DNA of 41,408 nt from Chloroflexota bacterium (GCA_039932235.1 JBDTQJ010000002.1:1-41408); one strand, 5' to 3'; shown: positions 26,201 through 37,384, counted from the stretch's first letter. The notes: generated by a model from the sequence alone, not told the origin. A program made the numbers and translations.

Positions 26201-26603
26201 CGGCGTCGTCGCTGCGGCGGCCTTCGCGGCCATCGGATTCGCCGTCTCCACCTCGGTGGCGGCGCGCGAGCGCATGACAGAGTTCGCGGTGCTGCGCGCG
26301 CTCGGCCTCTCGCCTCGCCAGCTGGCCGGCTGGCTGTCGCTTGAGAACGCCATCCTGGTGGTGGTCAGCCTGCTCATCGGTACCGGCCTGGGCCTGCTCA
26401 TCTCGTGGGTGGTGCTGCCGTTCGTGACCCTCACCCAGGCCGGCACGCGGCCGGTGCCCGACCTGCAGATCAGCATCCCGTGGGGCCAGATCGCGCTGCT
26501 CGAGGCGGTGGCACTCGTCTCGCTGACCGTGACCGTCGGGGTGCTGGCCTTCGTGCTGCGACGGGTGGGCCTCGGCTCGGCATTGCGAATCGGCGAGGAC
26601 TGA
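23235..26603 (+). CDS. Very large ABC permease with two FtsX domains (MacB/BceB-like, ~10 TM) and two large extracytoplasmic domains
   Basis: 1122 aa. There are two FtsX-type modules (…[20 protein letters not shown]… and …ARERMTEFAVLRALGLSPRQL…), each preceded by a long non-TM segment. The start is uncertain (ATG 23235 or GTG 23262). Confidence 0.85.
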   Translation: MQRRVPGGRVSRLGAARVNGLLAGLRLVLQRARHDWLVVGAAAVITLLAAAFLAGGLIYADAVASAGLQRSLASAEAQSAGLQVRVGGPPDLLARTDEAVRDEAALLFANESPTVQRRGDTGSWTLPGQDADDITQLTVFAYLDDLAAHATLVDGAWPTGAGEDVEVALNAEAAAGLGYAVGDELDLVSRLDPEATTTARLVGTWLPAEISDRYWWGERLDLEGVDVGQTYTTWGPMVVDESRYDEVATAGGSAVSWRVFPDPARVTAARLSAIAADLEGLQARLRSRVASSQLNVVSDLGEKLAAADRSLVVAQMSVTVLAIQLAVLAGYALVLTAGLLIEQRRGETALLRARGAGAWQLGLAALIEALVLAVPVAIVAPLLATWALGAFNAAGPLHEIGLSITPRVTALSQAVAAATAAACALALAMPSLLQGRSFVALRARRGRQASSGMVERAGLDVALLVIAGVGIWQLRAFGAPLTGAVRGQLGVDPLLVAAPAIGLLAGAVIALRILPLVARLADAGMTHGRGLVASLGAWQIARRPLRYAPAALLLIVTMALGIFAISYGRTWAVSQADQAAYQVGADLRVVPNRFAGAVPSLDLASAYRAAGASDVMAAHREGVTFGGRSGGQVLLLDARRGDEVVAFRGDLANDPFAAMMARLADARPELDVPRLPDGAEAVAVTALLAVDDPPPFDPQEVPQNQRPGPVSPFSLALVVVDGDGIFHRVELGEMAPGATPSRLVAPLVTASVAGGAPTGPLSLVAIELHGTAGDNRAVGGHLDIVGLEASVAGTWQAWAPAPAGGFEAAAYESSGQLTLEAGLEEAPDGVTDRLGFLIGAALDRRRLAPVTWSLRPAGVAAGRVTPKILVNGSLLGATEAGLGDDATADLGYGIVPLRLEEDLDAFPTLDPGEAIIVGDLGTVALDAYLARATVLEPDEWWMTAAEPVALGDALRAPPFESVETIASVTRTAALQTDPVALGILGALLLGVVAAAAFAAIGFAVSTSVAARERMTEFAVLRALGLSPRQLAGWLSLENAILVVVSLLIGTGLGLLISWVVLPFVTLTQAGTRPVPDLQISIPWGQIALLEAVALVSLTVTVGVLAFVLRRVGLGSALRIGED

Positions 26604-26606
26604 CCG

Positions 26607-29393
26607 ATGCCGATCGCGCCGTTCCTCCTCTGGCTGCGCCGCCTGCGGGTCGACCGCGTGCCGCTGCTCGTGCTGGGGCTGACCGTCCTGCTCACGGCCG
26701 GCCTGGCCGCCGCGGCGCCGATGCTCGCGGTGCGCGGCGCCGCCGACGCACTGGCGGCCCAGCTGCGACGTGCCGGGCCGGCAGAGCGCAGCGTGGTGCT
26801 GACCACGGGACAGCTGCTGCAGACCTCGGTGGCGTCGGAGCTCCTCGACGAGGCCGACCGGCTCGCCGCCGCCTTCGACGCGCAGATGCCGCCGCCCGTC
26901 TCCGCGGTCCTCGAACCGGCGTCCCTGACGTTGGAGACGGAAGCCTATGACGTCGCGGTGCAGGGCGTTCCGCCCAACCCCTTCCGGCGCTCCCTCATCC
27001 TGCTGGCGCGCGACGGTGCCGACACACACATCCAGCTCACCGAGGGCCGCCCCCCACGGAGCATCACCATCGTCCCGCCGCTGCCGGTGACGAGCCAGCT
27101 GGACCCGCCGAATCCCGCCACCGTGCGGCTCGAGCTGGCGATCTCCGCGGCCACCGCGTCGGCGATGGGCATGCAGCTCGGCGATCGCCTCGACATGGTC
27201 GAGGCTGGGCGGTTCGGCGGCATCACCTTTCCGGACCAGGCCGAACCGCTGGTCATCGGGGAGGTGGTCGGCATCTTCACGATCCCGGATCCGGAGGAGC
27301 CGTTCTGGGCCGGCGAGCGGCGCCTTGTGGCACCCAATGGGGGCGATGCCAGCGCCGCCGGCGCGGCACTCGTGACGGCGGACCAGCTCGGGACCCTGCT
27401 CACGGCCTGGCCGCGGATCATGACCTTCACCTTCGCCTACCAGGGCGATGGGGCGCGCATCGCGGCCGGCTCCCCGCAGCGGCTGTCGGTGGCATTCAAC
27501 GACCTGCGGGCCGACTTCGCGGGCTTCGACGTCGGGACGTTCCTGCCGGTGGAGCTGCGGACCGGGATCCCCGGCCTTCTGGCGGCCTACCTGGCCGGGG
27601 AGCGCCAAGCGTTCCTGCTGCTCGGGCTGGTGGGCCTCGGCGTGGCCGGGATCGCGGTGGCGGCCCTGGTGCTGCTGGGCGTCCTGCTGGCGGACCGACG
27701 GCGTGCCGCCCTCCTCATGCAGCGCGAGCGCGGCGCCGGTGCCTGGCAGCTCCTGCTGCCGGCCCTGGCGGAGGCGGCGCTGGTGTGCCTGCCGACAGCC
27801 CTCGCCGGCTGGCTCGCCGCACGCCTGATCGTGCCCGCGGATGCCGGCGATCTGCCTCTCCGCCTCGCCCTTGGCGTCGCCGGGGTGGCGGTAGCGGCCT
27901 GCGTGGTGATGGTCGTGCCGGTCGCGGTTCGCGACCTGCGAACGCTGCTCCGCCGCGGCGTTGCACCGGAGCACCCGACCCTGCGGCGCCTGGTGGCGGA
28001 GGGATTGGTCGTGGCGCTGGCGGTGATCGGCCTGGTCTTCATCCGCTCGCGTGGCATCGCCGGGTCCGGCGAGGGGGGCGGCGGTCTCAACGCCTACCTC
28101 GCCGGCGTGCCGCTCCTCGCCGGCCTCGCCGCGGGGCTGGTCGTGCTGCGCCTGTACCCGTATCCGGTGCGCGGCCTGGCGCGCCTCTCCGGCCGGCTGC
28201 GCGGCCTGGTCACCCCGCTCGCCCTGCGGCGCGCGGGCCGCGCACCTGGAGCGGTACATGTGCCGCTCGTCGCGCTCCTCGTCGCCGCCGCGCTGGGGGC
28301 CTTCGGGGCGACCGTCGCGGCCAGCATCGAGCGCGGCCAGTCGCTTGCCGCGTGGCGCGAAACGGGCGCGGACTACCGGGTCACGAGCCTGACCGGCGGC
28401 CTGCCCACGACCATCGACCTGGGGTCCATCGCCGGGGTGGATGCGGTAGCCTCCGCATGGACCGATCCGGATGTGCCCCTGGTGACCTCGAGCGGCAGCA
28501 CGGACGTGATGCTGGTGGGCATCGACCCCGTTGATCTGGCGGCCGTGACACGCGACACGCCGGCCGATCCCTCGCTCCCACCGGGGCTCGATACCCCGCC
28601 CGCCGACGCCGGGTCTCCCACCGCGCCCATCCCGGCCCTCATCAGCGCCAACCTGGGCGGCTTCCGTCGCCAGGTCAACGTGGGCGAGCGCTTCGAGCTG
28701 GTGATCGCCGCTGCGCGATACTCGTTCGCCGGGCTCGAAAGTCGCGCGGCCTTCCCGGGCGTGCCGGTCGGGATGCGGTTCGTGGTGGTGTCCCGCGCCG
28801 TGCTGGCGGCGGCGCTCGGGCTGCCGGAGCTGCGCGCCGGAACGATCTACGTTCGCGGCGCCGAGGGCATCGTCGACGCGCTGCGCGCCGAGGTCGGCGG
28901 CTCCGGCGAGGTCGCGTCCGTCGTCTCGCGCGCCGAAGTCGCGGCCAGCCTGCGGGATGCCCCGCTGGTCACGACCGTGACGAGCGGCTTCCTCATCTCG
29001 CTGGTCGTGGCGGCGCTGTACGTGACCCTGACCCTCATCATCGGCCTGCTGCTCGTCGCCGCGGCGCGCGCCCGCGACGTGGCCTACCTGCGGACGATGG
29101 GTCTCTCCGCCGGCCAGACCCTGCGCATGGCGATCCTCGAACAGGTGCCCCCCATCCTGATCGCCGTGCTGGCCGGAGCGGCGCTTGGGCTCGGGATCAC
29201 GGCCCTCATCGGCGGGGCGCTTGATCTCGGCGCGTTCGCCGGCGCCGACATCGCGGCCGACATGACCATCGACTGGCCGATCCTGGGCCTGGCGGGAGCC
29301 TGGCTCCTCGCCGTCGCGGCGATCGGGGTGACCGCGGGTGCCCTGGCGGCGCGGCGCGTGGACCCGGCACGCGCCCTTCGCATCGGTGAATGA
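26607..29393 (+). CDS. Second very large double-FtsX ABC permease
   Basis: 928 aa, beginning 3 nt after the previous stop. The FtsX modules are …[20 protein letters not shown]… and …[20 protein letters not shown]…. It ends with the same ALRIGE motif as its neighbour. Confidence 0.85.
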   Translation: MPIAPFLLWLRRLRVDRVPLLVLGLTVLLTAGLAAAAPMLAVRGAADALAAQLRRAGPAERSVVLTTGQLLQTSVASELLDEADRLAAAFDAQMPPPVSAVLEPASLTLETEAYDVAVQGVPPNPFRRSLILLARDGADTHIQLTEGRPPRSITIVPPLPVTSQLDPPNPATVRLELAISAATASAMGMQLGDRLDMVEAGRFGGITFPDQAEPLVIGEVVGIFTIPDPEEPFWAGERRLVAPNGGDASAAGAALVTADQLGTLLTAWPRIMTFTFAYQGDGARIAAGSPQRLSVAFNDLRADFAGFDVGTFLPVELRTGIPGLLAAYLAGERQAFLLLGLVGLGVAGIAVAALVLLGVLLADRRRAALLMQRERGAGAWQLLLPALAEAALVCLPTALAGWLAARLIVPADAGDLPLRLALGVAGVAVAACVVMVVPVAVRDLRTLLRRGVAPEHPTLRRLVAEGLVVALAVIGLVFIRSRGIAGSGEGGGGLNAYLAGVPLLAGLAAGLVVLRLYPYPVRGLARLSGRLRGLVTPLALRRAGRAPGAVHVPLVALLVAAALGAFGATVAASIERGQSLAAWRETGADYRVTSLTGGLPTTIDLGSIAGVDAVASAWTDPDVPLVTSSGSTDVMLVGIDPVDLAAVTRDTPADPSLPPGLDTPPADAGSPTAPIPALISANLGGFRRQVNVGERFELVIAAARYSFAGLESRAAFPGVPVGMRFVVVSRAVLAAALGLPELRAGTIYVRGAEGIVDALRAEVGGSGEVASVVSRAEVAASLRDAPLVTTVTSGFLISLVVAALYVTLTLIIGLLLVAAARARDVAYLRTMGLSAGQTLRMAILEQVPPILIAVLAGAALGLGITALIGGALDLGAFAGADIAADMTIDWPILGLAGAWLLAVAAIGVTAGALAARRVDPARALRIGE

Positions 29394-30427
29394 AAGGTAA
29401 GGTGCCGCACATGAATCGACTCCGCGACGACATCGTCGACCTGCCGGCGGGGACCGGCATCGCCGAGGAGGTGAAGGGCCGCGAGTCGCCGTGGGCGGCG
29501 CGTCCGACGCCGACCCGCGGGCCGGCGTTCGGAGCGGGATCGGCGATCATCTGCGACAACCTCGTCAAGATCTACAAGGTCGCCGACCTCGAGGTGGTCG
29601 CCCTGCAGGGGCTCGACCTGCTCGTCGAGCCGGGCGAGTTCATCGCGATCGTCGGCGCCTCGGGTAGTGGCAAGTCGACCCTCCTCAACGTCCTTGCCGG
29701 GCTCGACGTCCCGTCTGCCGGGCGCGCCGTCGTCGCCGACCACGACCTGGGGGCCATGCGGGTGGTGGAGCGCACCGCGTACCGGCGCCGGGTGATCGGC
29801 TTCGTCCGGCAGCAGACCGCCGCCAACCTGCTCCCCTACCTCAGCGCGCGCGAGAACGTCGAGATGCCGATGCTGCTCGACGGCACCCCCAGCCGCACGC
29901 GCCGCGAGCGCGCGCGGCGGCTGCTCGAGCTGGTCGGCCTCGGCGAGCGCGGCGACCATCGGCCGGACCGGCTCTCGGGCGGTGAGCAGCAGCGGGTGAG
30001 CGTGGCGGTCGCCCTTGCCAATGAGCCGCCGGTGCTGCTCGCCGATGAGCCGACCGGCGAGCTGGACACGACCACCAGCCGCGAGGTGTTCGACGTGCTG
30101 CGCGCCATCAACGCCGAGTTCGGGACGACCATCGTGGTCGTTACCCACGACCCCCTGGTCGCCGGCCAGGTGCGACGGACGGTGGCCATCCGCGATGGCC
30201 GCACCGCGACCGAGACGCTGCGCCGCGACGCGACCGCCGAGGAGACGGAGCTGCACGGCGACACCGTCTCCGAGGAGTACGCGGTGCTCGACCGTGCCGG
30301 CCGCCTGCAGCTGCCGCGCGAGCACGTCGAGGCGCTCAACCTCGAGCGCCGGGTGCGCCTCACCCTGGAGCCCGACCACATCGGGGTGTGGCCCGACGGG
30401 CGCCGCACGCCGGAGGAGGACCGATGA
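29390..30427 (+). CDS. ABC ATP-binding protein (MacB/LolD class) with N-terminal extension and C-terminal AbrB/SpoVT-like tail
   Basis: ATGA overlap with the permease stop. Walker [10 protein letters not shown], signature [15 protein letters not shown] and Walker [12 protein letters not shown]. The ~75-aa tail contains [37 protein letters not shown]. Confidence 0.85.
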   Translation: MKGKVPHMNRLRDDIVDLPAGTGIAEEVKGRESPWAARPTPTRGPAFGAGSAIICDNLVKIYKVADLEVVALQGLDLLVEPGEFIAIVGASGSGKSTLLNVLAGLDVPSAGRAVVADHDLGAMRVVERTAYRRRVIGFVRQQTAANLLPYLSARENVEMPMLLDGTPSRTRRERARRLLELVGLGERGDHRPDRLSGGEQQRVSVAVALANEPPVLLADEPTGELDTTTSREVFDVLRAINAEFGTTIVVVTHDPLVAGQVRRTVAIRDGRTATETLRRDATAEETELHGDTVSEEYAVLDRAGRLQLPREHVEALNLERRVRLTLEPDHIGVWPDGRRTPEEDR

Positions 30428-31146
30428 GCGCCGTCCGCGCCTTCAGCCGCAGCACGACTCCGCTGGTGGAGGCGACCGAGCTGGTCCGCGACTTCCCGAT
30501 GGGCAGCGGGATGGTGCATGCCCTGCGCGCCATCAGCCTCTCCATCCCGCGCGGCCAGCTGGTGGCCGTGGTCGGGCGCTCCGGATCGGGCAAGACCACC
30601 CTCCTCAACCTGGTCGGCGGCCTCGATCGGCCGACCTCGGGCAGCGTTCGGTTGGACGGCCAGGAGCTTGCCCACCTTCCCGAGTCTGCCCTCGTCCAGC
30701 TGCGCCGGCGGCGGGTCGGCTTCGTGTTCCAGGCGTTCGGCCTGCTGCCCATCCTCTCGGCGGCCGAGAACGTCGAGGTACCGATGCGCCTGCTGCACAC
30801 CGATCCCGGCGAGCGTGGCGCACGGGTGCGCAGCCTGCTCGAGCTGGTCGGCCTCGGGGAGCGGGCAGGCCACCGGCCGCACGAGCTCTCCGGCGGGGAG
30901 CAGCAGCGCGTCGCGCTGGCCCGCGCGCTGGCCAACCACCCCGAGCTGCTCGTCGCCGACGAGCCGACCGGGCACCTGGACTCGCAGACCGGGCGCACGA
31001 TCATGCGGCTCATCCAGTCCCTGGTGCGCAACGAGGGCGTGACGGCCATCGTCGCGACCCACGACCCGGTGCTGATGGACCTCGCCGACCGGATCATCGA
31101 GCTCAGCGACGGCCGCATCACCGGCGACCACGCCGCCAGCCGCTAG
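30424..31146 (+). CDS. ABC ATP-binding protein (MacB/LolD class)
   Basis: ATGA overlap with the preceding ATPase. Walker [10 protein letters not shown], signature [15 protein letters not shown] and Walker [12 protein letters not shown]. Confidence 0.9.
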   Translation: MSAVRAFSRSTTPLVEATELVRDFPMGSGMVHALRAISLSIPRGQLVAVVGRSGSGKTTLLNLVGGLDRPTSGSVRLDGQELAHLPESALVQLRRRRVGFVFQAFGLLPILSAAENVEVPMRLLHTDPGERGARVRSLLELVGLGERAGHRPHELSGGEQQRVALARALANHPELLVADEPTGHLDSQTGRTIMRLIQSLVRNEGVTAIVATHDPVLMDLADRIIELSDGRITGDHAASR

Positions 31147-31168
31147 CGCGTCAGCGCAGGGTCGTTGC

Positions 31169-32407
<1,239 letters not shown>

Positions 32408-32434
32408 GGCGCCGATGCTACCCCACCCCCTCGA

Positions 32435-32656
32435 TCAGCGATGCACCGCCTGCGGGTGGGTGGCGGTGACGGCGTCGAGCAGCCGGCGCGATGTATCGGC
32501 GATCTCGTGGACCGCGGAGAGGAACGCCGCCTCGTTTGCCGTCGATGGCTTGCGGTACCCGCTCACCTTGCGGACGAACTGGAGGGCGGCGGCCTCGATC
32601 TCGTCGGGTGTCGCCGGCTGCGCCCCGGTGCGGAGCGTCTTGATGGATCTGCACAT
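32435..32656 (-). CDS. DUF2277-like small protein
   Basis: The ATG at 32656 opens MCRSIKTLRTGAQPATPDEIEAAALQFVRKVSGYRKPSTANEAAF..., which matches my recollection of the conserved DUF2277 N-terminus. Confidence 0.65.
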   Translation of the reverse strand: MCRSIKTLRTGAQPATPDEIEAAALQFVRKVSGYRKPSTANEAAFLSAVHEIADTSRRLLDAVTATHPQAVHR

Positions 32657-32672
32657 GCGACACAGGGTACCG

Positions 32673-33323
32673 CTACGCCTCGATGAGCAGCTCCTCGAGC
32701 GAGTCGATGACCCGGTCGGCGGCCCGCACATCGGCCTCCGCGAACTGCGGCACCGCGATGCAGGCCATCCCCGCCGCCTTGGCCGCCGCGATCCCGGAAG
32801 CCGAATCCTCCAGCGCCAGCGCGTCGGCGGGCACGACCCCCAGGCGGCGGCACGTCTCGAGGTAGATGTCCGGCGCCGGCTTGGCGTGCACCACGTCATC
32901 CGAGCTGACGATCGCGCCGAAGGCATCGGTCAGGCCCGCTGACGCGAGCGCGGTGTCGATCAGGCGGCGAGGCGAGTTGGAGGCGAGGCCCAGCAGGACC
33001 CGGCCCCTGAGTCGCTCGACCAGCTCAATGGCGCCCGGCCGCCCGGCGACCTCCTGCTGCAGCTGCTCGTGCATGAGCTCGATCATCTCGGCGACCAGCG
33101 CGCGCCCCTCGTCGAGGCTGCGCCCCAGGCGCTCCGCGAAGTAGTGCGCCGTCGACTCGAAGCTCGTCCCGATGACGGCCATCTTGTCGTCCCAGCTGAA
33201 GGCGTCGCCATGGCGCCGGAAGAGCTCGACCTCGGCGGTGTGCCACAGCAGCTCGGTGTCGAGCAGGAGTCCATCCATGTCGAAGACGACCGCCCGGTAC
33301 CGATGGTGGAGCGACTCCCCCAC
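32673..33323 (-). CDS. HAD-superfamily hydrolase (beta-phosphoglucomutase-like subfamily IA)
   Basis: The GTG start immediately follows the upstream TGA. Motif I is VVFDMDGLLLDTE, and the later motifs are LASNSP and EDSASGIAAAKAAG. Confidence 0.85.
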   Translation of the reverse strand: MGESLHHRYRAVVFDMDGLLLDTELLWHTAEVELFRRHGDAFSWDDKMAVIGTSFESTAHYFAERLGRSLDEGRALVAEMIELMHEQLQQEVAGRPGAIELVERLRGRVLLGLASNSPRRLIDTALASAGLTDAFGAIVSSDDVVHAKPAPDIYLETCRRLGVVPADALALEDSASGIAAAKAAGMACIAVPQFAEADVRAADRVIDSLEELLIEA

Positions 33324-34535
33324 TCAGCCTCCGCCGAAGAAGGACGCGCCTCGTTCGGCGAGCGAGCGGAGCAGCGGCGCGACCCGGTAGCGACCATCGG
33401 GCGCCGAGGCATGCAGGACGTCCAGTGTCCCGACCACCTGCGCCAGGCCGAGGCGTTCCGCCCACTCCAGGGGGCCGTGCGGGTAGTTGGTGCCGAGGCG
33501 CATGGCGGTGTCGACCGCCCTCGGCCCGGCGACGCCGTCACCGACCGCCGAGGCGGCCTCGTTGACGATGGTCGCCAGGATGCGTGCCTCGATCGCGGCG
33601 GTGTCCAGCTGCGGCGGCCGCGGGGCGTCGGCGGGCCGGCGCAGCAGGCCGCCCCACGGCACTGGATCGCCCTCTGCGGGGTAGTCGTAGAAGCCCCCGC
33701 CGGACTTGCGACCCAGGCGGCCGGCATCGACCAGCGTCCGCTGGAGCGGGTGCGGGCGATAGCGCGGATCGCCGAAGAACTGCTCCCAGACGCTGATGCT
33801 GACCGCCAGGTTGACGTCGGCACCGATCGCGTCGATGAGCTCGAAGGGTCCCATCCGGAAGCCCGCCGCGCGCATCGCCGCGTCGACGGACGGAACGTCC
33901 GCCAGCCCATCGCCCACGATCCGCAGCGCCTCCAGGTAGAACGGCCGCGCCACGCGGTTGACGATGAAGCCCGGTGTGTCGGCCGCCACCACGGGCGTCT
34001 TGCCGAGCCGCTCAGCGAGGGCCACGATGGCGGCCGTCGCCGCCGGATCGGTCAGCGGTCCGGCGATCACCTCGACCAGCGGCAGCAGCGGCACGGGGTT
34101 GAAGAAATGCATCCCCACCACCCGCTCGGGGTGTGCGGTGGCCGCGGCGATGCGCGCCACCGAGAGCGAGCTCGTGTTGGTCGCCAGCAGCGTCGCGGGC
34201 GCAGCGGCGGCGTCCAGCCGCCGAAACGCCTCGCGCTTGAGCTGCAGGTCCTCGGGGATCGCCTCGATCACCACGTCCGCCGCGGCCAGCGCCTCCAGGC
34301 TCTCGGCGGCGGCCAGGTGCGCCATGGCGGTGTCACGCGCCGCGCCATCCAGCTGGCCCTTCTCGACCCGCCGATCCAGGAACCCGCCGACCCTCGTCCG
34401 GCTCCGCTCCCACGCCCCGGCGACCGGGTCGTGGACCAGCACCTCGAGTCCCGCCTCGGCCGCGATCTGCGCGATGCCGGCGCCCATCGTCCCGGCCCCC
34501 AGGACGCCGATCCGCCGCACGTCGCCGGGTGTCAC
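33324..34535 (-). CDS. 3-hydroxyacyl-CoA dehydrogenase with extended C-terminal domain
   Basis: Rossmann fold [22 protein letters not shown] and [14 protein letters not shown]. An extra C-terminal 3HCDH-like repeat is present. Confidence 0.9.
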   Translation of the reverse strand: MTPGDVRRIGVLGAGTMGAGIAQIAAEAGLEVLVHDPVAGAWERSRTRVGGFLDRRVEKGQLDGAARDTAMAHLAAAESLEALAAADVVIEAIPEDLQLKREAFRRLDAAAAPATLLATNTSSLSVARIAAATAHPERVVGMHFFNPVPLLPLVEVIAGPLTDPAATAAIVALAERLGKTPVVAADTPGFIVNRVARPFYLEALRIVGDGLADVPSVDAAMRAAGFRMGPFELIDAIGADVNLAVSISVWEQFFGDPRYRPHPLQRTLVDAGRLGRKSGGGFYDYPAEGDPVPWGGLLRRPADAPRPPQLDTAAIEARILATIVNEAASAVGDGVAGPRAVDTAMRLGTNYPHGPLEWAERLGLAQVVGTLDVLHASAPDGRYRVAPLLRSLAERGASFFGGG

Positions 34536-35320
34536 CCTCCGGTGAAGCGCGGCTCGCGCTTCTCCGCGAAGGCGGCCACGCCCTCGGCATGATCCTCGGT
34601 GCGGCCCGCCAGCTCCTGCAGCGCCGCCTCGTCACGCAGGCTCGCGTCGAGGTCGTCGTTCTCGGCGGCGTTGACGAGCCGCTTGGTGAGACCGATGGCG
34701 CGGGTCGGCCCATCCGCCAGCTTGCGCGCCAGCTCCGTCGCGCTCCCCGCCAGCTCGGCAGCGGGCACCACTCGCAGGACAAGCCCCGCATCCCGCGCCT
34801 CGGCCGCGCCGAGCGGCTCGCCGGCGATCAGGATGGCGGTGGCACGGTGGCGTCCAAGCGCGCGGACAAGCGTGCGAGTCAGCCCGGAGTCGGGTACCAG
34901 GCCGATGCGGCCGAAGGCGGGCACGAAGCGCGCGTCCTCGGCGGCGAGCACGAGGTCGGCGGCGAGGGCCAGGCTCATGCCGGCACCCGCTGCGACGCCG
35001 TTCACCGCCGCGAGCACCGGCTTCGGAAGGTCGCGCAGTGCGCGGACCAGCGGGTTGTACTGGCTGGTCAGGACGCGGCGAAACTCGCGCTCGCCGCTCC
35101 CGCCGCGCAGGTCCGCTCCGGCGCAGAAGGCACGACCGGCACCGGTCAGCACCACGCAGCGCACCGCATCGTCGCGGGCCACGGCCCTGAGGGTGGTCAG
35201 CAGCTCCCCGCGCAACGTGGCATTGAGCGCGTTGAGCGCGTCGGGCCGGTTCAGGGTCAGCGTGGCGACCCCATCGGTCACATCGACGGCCAGGTGCTCG
35301 AGGGCGGGTGCGTCAGGCAT
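34532..35320 (-). CDS. Enoyl-CoA hydratase/isomerase
   Basis: The ATG at 35320 overlaps the MFS stop by 8 nt. Motifs are [13 protein letters not shown] and [20 protein letters not shown]. Confidence 0.9.
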   Translation of the reverse strand: MPDAPALEHLAVDVTDGVATLTLNRPDALNALNATLRGELLTTLRAVARDDAVRCVVLTGAGRAFCAGADLRGGSGEREFRRVLTSQYNPLVRALRDLPKPVLAAVNGVAAGAGMSLALAADLVLAAEDARFVPAFGRIGLVPDSGLTRTLVRALGRHRATAILIAGEPLGAAEARDAGLVLRVVPAAELAGSATELARKLADGPTRAIGLTKRLVNAAENDDLDASLRDEAALQELAGRTEDHAEGVAAFAEKREPRFTGG

Positions 35321-36797
35321 CGGCGCCGATTGTAGGGCGGGACGCATCGGTCACGTGGGCCTGCGGCATCGCGCGGACGGTCAGCCCCAGCGCGGCGACC
35401 GAGGTGCCGAGCAGGATGAGGTAGATCCAGCCGAGGCCGCTGACCAGCCCCTCGCGGGCGGCGGCCAGCTCCGCGGGGGCGATCCCCGAGCGCCCGATGG
35501 GGTCAAGCACCGTCGACGCGAGCGGCCCCACCGCGGCGGCCAGGATGGCGCCCATCACCCCGACGCCCACCGATCCGCCGATGGTGCGGCTGAACTGGAT
35601 GAGCCCGGTGGCCTGGCCGCGCCGTCCCCAGTCCACCGCGTTCTGCACCGTCACCACGGTCGTGGTGCTGACGAAGCCGAGCCCGCAGCCGACGATCCCG
35701 CAGGCCGCCGCGGCGACCAGCGGTCCGTCGAAGGAGGCTGCCCGGGTGAGCAATGCCGCCCCTGCGACGAGCATGGCGGTCCCGGCCAGCATGAGCGGCC
35801 GCGCGCCGAAGACGAGCAGCAAGCGGCCGGCGACGATGGCCGCGATGGGCCAGCCGACGCTCATCGCCCCGACCGCCAGCCCCGCCTCGAGCGGGCTGCG
35901 ACCCTGCACCCCCTGCACGAGCGGCGGCACGTAGGCGGTCAGCCCGAACATCACGATGCCCGCCAGCGTACCGATGGCCAGTCCCGCCGCGACGACCGGG
36001 ATGCGGAACAGCGACAGGTCAATGAGGGCATCCGCACGGGCGGTCGCGCCGCGCAGGAAGAGCCACAGCAGCAGCGCGGCACCTGCGAAGCTGGCGACGA
36101 CGAGCGGCGAGCCGATCCCCGCATCCGCGACCTCGGTGACGGCCAGCAGGAGCAGGCTCACCCCACCGGTGAGGGTGAGCACCCCGGCCCAGTCGAGCCG
36201 ATGGGTGCGGCGCTCGACACGCTCGTGCAGCACGAGCCCGATGATCGTCACCGCCAGCAGGCCGACCGGCACGTTGATGAAGAAGGCCCAGCGCCATCCG
36301 ACGGTCGAGGTCAGCACGCCGCCCAGAAACGGGCCGGCAATGGCCGAGATGCCCCACACGCTGCTGAAGAAGCCCTGCATCCGGGCACGCTGCCTCGGCT
36401 CGAAGATGTCGCCCACGATGGTGAACGCGATCGGCTGCACGGCGCCCGCCCCGAGGCCCTGGATGGCGCGGAAGATGATCAGCTGCAGCATCGACTGCGA
36501 GAGGCCGCACAGCACGGAGCCGCCCACGAAGATGGCGAGGCCGATGAGGAAGATCGGCTTGCGACCGTGCTGGTCGGCCAGGTTGGACCAGATGGGGACG
36601 GTGGTCGTGGCGGTCAGCAGGTACGCCGCGAAGACCCAGCCATATTGGTCGATTCCCCCCAGCTGGCCGATGATCGTCGGCATCGCCGTTCCCACCACCG
36701 TCGCGTCGAGCGCCGCGACCGCGATGCCGGCCATCACCCCCGCGGTGACGAGCTTCTGCTCGCGGGTGATGGGGGCGACCGGCGGCTGAAGCGACAT
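35313..36797 (-). CDS. MFS transporter, DHA2 (14-TMS, EmrB/QacA-like)
   Basis: ATG at 36797 (MSLQPPVAPITREQKLV...), ~494 aa, many TM helices and motif-A-like DQHGRKPIFLIG. Confidence 0.9.
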   Translation of the reverse strand: MSLQPPVAPITREQKLVTAGVMAGIAVAALDATVVGTAMPTIIGQLGGIDQYGWVFAAYLLTATTTVPIWSNLADQHGRKPIFLIGLAIFVGGSVLCGLSQSMLQLIIFRAIQGLGAGAVQPIAFTIVGDIFEPRQRARMQGFFSSVWGISAIAGPFLGGVLTSTVGWRWAFFINVPVGLLAVTIIGLVLHERVERRTHRLDWAGVLTLTGGVSLLLLAVTEVADAGIGSPLVVASFAGAALLLWLFLRGATARADALIDLSLFRIPVVAAGLAIGTLAGIVMFGLTAYVPPLVQGVQGRSPLEAGLAVGAMSVGWPIAAIVAGRLLLVFGARPLMLAGTAMLVAGAALLTRAASFDGPLVAAAACGIVGCGLGFVSTTTVVTVQNAVDWGRRGQATGLIQFSRTIGGSVGVGVMGAILAAAVGPLASTVLDPIGRSGIAPAELAAAREGLVSGLGWIYLILLGTSVAALGLTVRAMPQAHVTDASRPTIGADA

Positions 36798-36852
36798 CGG
36801 TGGATTGTGGCATGCACGGCCGGGGATCCGGCGAGTCACCGGTCACCATGCC

Positions 36853-36882
36853 TTGACTGGTGACGCCGGTGAGCCCTACCAT
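36853..36882 (+). promoter_or_regulatory. Candidate promoter TTGACT-N18-TACCAT overlapped by an imperfect inverted repeat
   Basis: TTGACT at 36853..36858 and TACCAT at 36877..36882, ~21 nt upstream of the ATG at 36904. The flanking arms are TCACCGGTCACC (36836..36847) and GGTGACGCCGGTGA (36859..36872). Confidence 0.3.
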
Positions 36883-36903
36883 GCCATTCCGCCCACGAGA
36901 CCG

Positions 36904-37320
36904 ATGGAGGACCGACACATGGACCGAGCCGGCGTGGAACGCTGGATGGAGGCGTATCGGAAGGCCTGGACGACCGACGCACCGGGCGACATCGCGGACC
37001 TGTTCACCGATGACGTCAGCTACTCCCCGTACCCCTGGCCGCGTGGGGAGCGCGTGTGGAAGGGTCGCGACGTGGTGGTCGGCAAGTGGATCGAACGGGG
37101 CGACTCGAGCTCAGGCTGGCGCTTCGACCACGACGTCGTGGCCGTCGACGGCGACACGGCGGTCATCGAAGGCTGGACCTACTACGAGCCGACTGCCGAG
37201 ACGGCGTACGAGGATGCCTACGCCAACATCTTCGTCATCCGCTTCGCGGACGACGGGCGCGCGCGCTCCTTCGCCGAGTGGTGGGTGCAGCGACCGGTGC
37301 CGGAGGCCGACGCGGGCTGA
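36904..37320 (+). CDS. SnoaL-like / NTF2-fold protein
   Basis: VERWMEAYRKAWTTDAPGDIADLFTDDVSY... is typical of the NTF2-like SnoaL superfamily. Start is ATG 36904 or ATG 36919. Confidence 0.7.
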   Translation: MEDRHMDRAGVERWMEAYRKAWTTDAPGDIADLFTDDVSYSPYPWPRGERVWKGRDVVVGKWIERGDSSSGWRFDHDVVAVDGDTAVIEGWTYYEPTAETAYEDAYANIFVIRFADDGRARSFAEWWVQRPVPEADAG

Positions 37321-37334
37321 GGCAGACGCAGAAA

Positions 37335-37358
37335 AGCCGTCGCCCGCGGGCGACGGCT
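37335..37358. terminator. Bidirectional intrinsic terminator hairpin between convergent genes
   Basis: Perfect 10-bp stem AGCCGTCGCC / GGCGACGGCT with a 4-nt loop. On the minus strand it is followed by TTTTC (downstream of the GlsB-like gene). The plus-strand tail CTTCC is weaker. Confidence 0.6.
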
Positions 37359-37384
37359 CTTCCGTAGAACGGGTTGCGGCGAGG

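Noticed and set aside
24389-28259. Large alternative-frame and antisense ORFs inside the FtsX permease genes (651 aa on the plus strand, 778 aa on the minus strand)
   Set aside because: Their translations are Arg/Gly/Pro-rich nonsense. The frames I kept give coherent TM helices and FtsX modules.
34599-36863. 754-aa plus-strand ORF across the crotonase and MFS genes
   Set aside because: It is antisense to two well-supported minus-strand genes and has a low-complexity Arg/Ala/Ser/Pro-rich translation.
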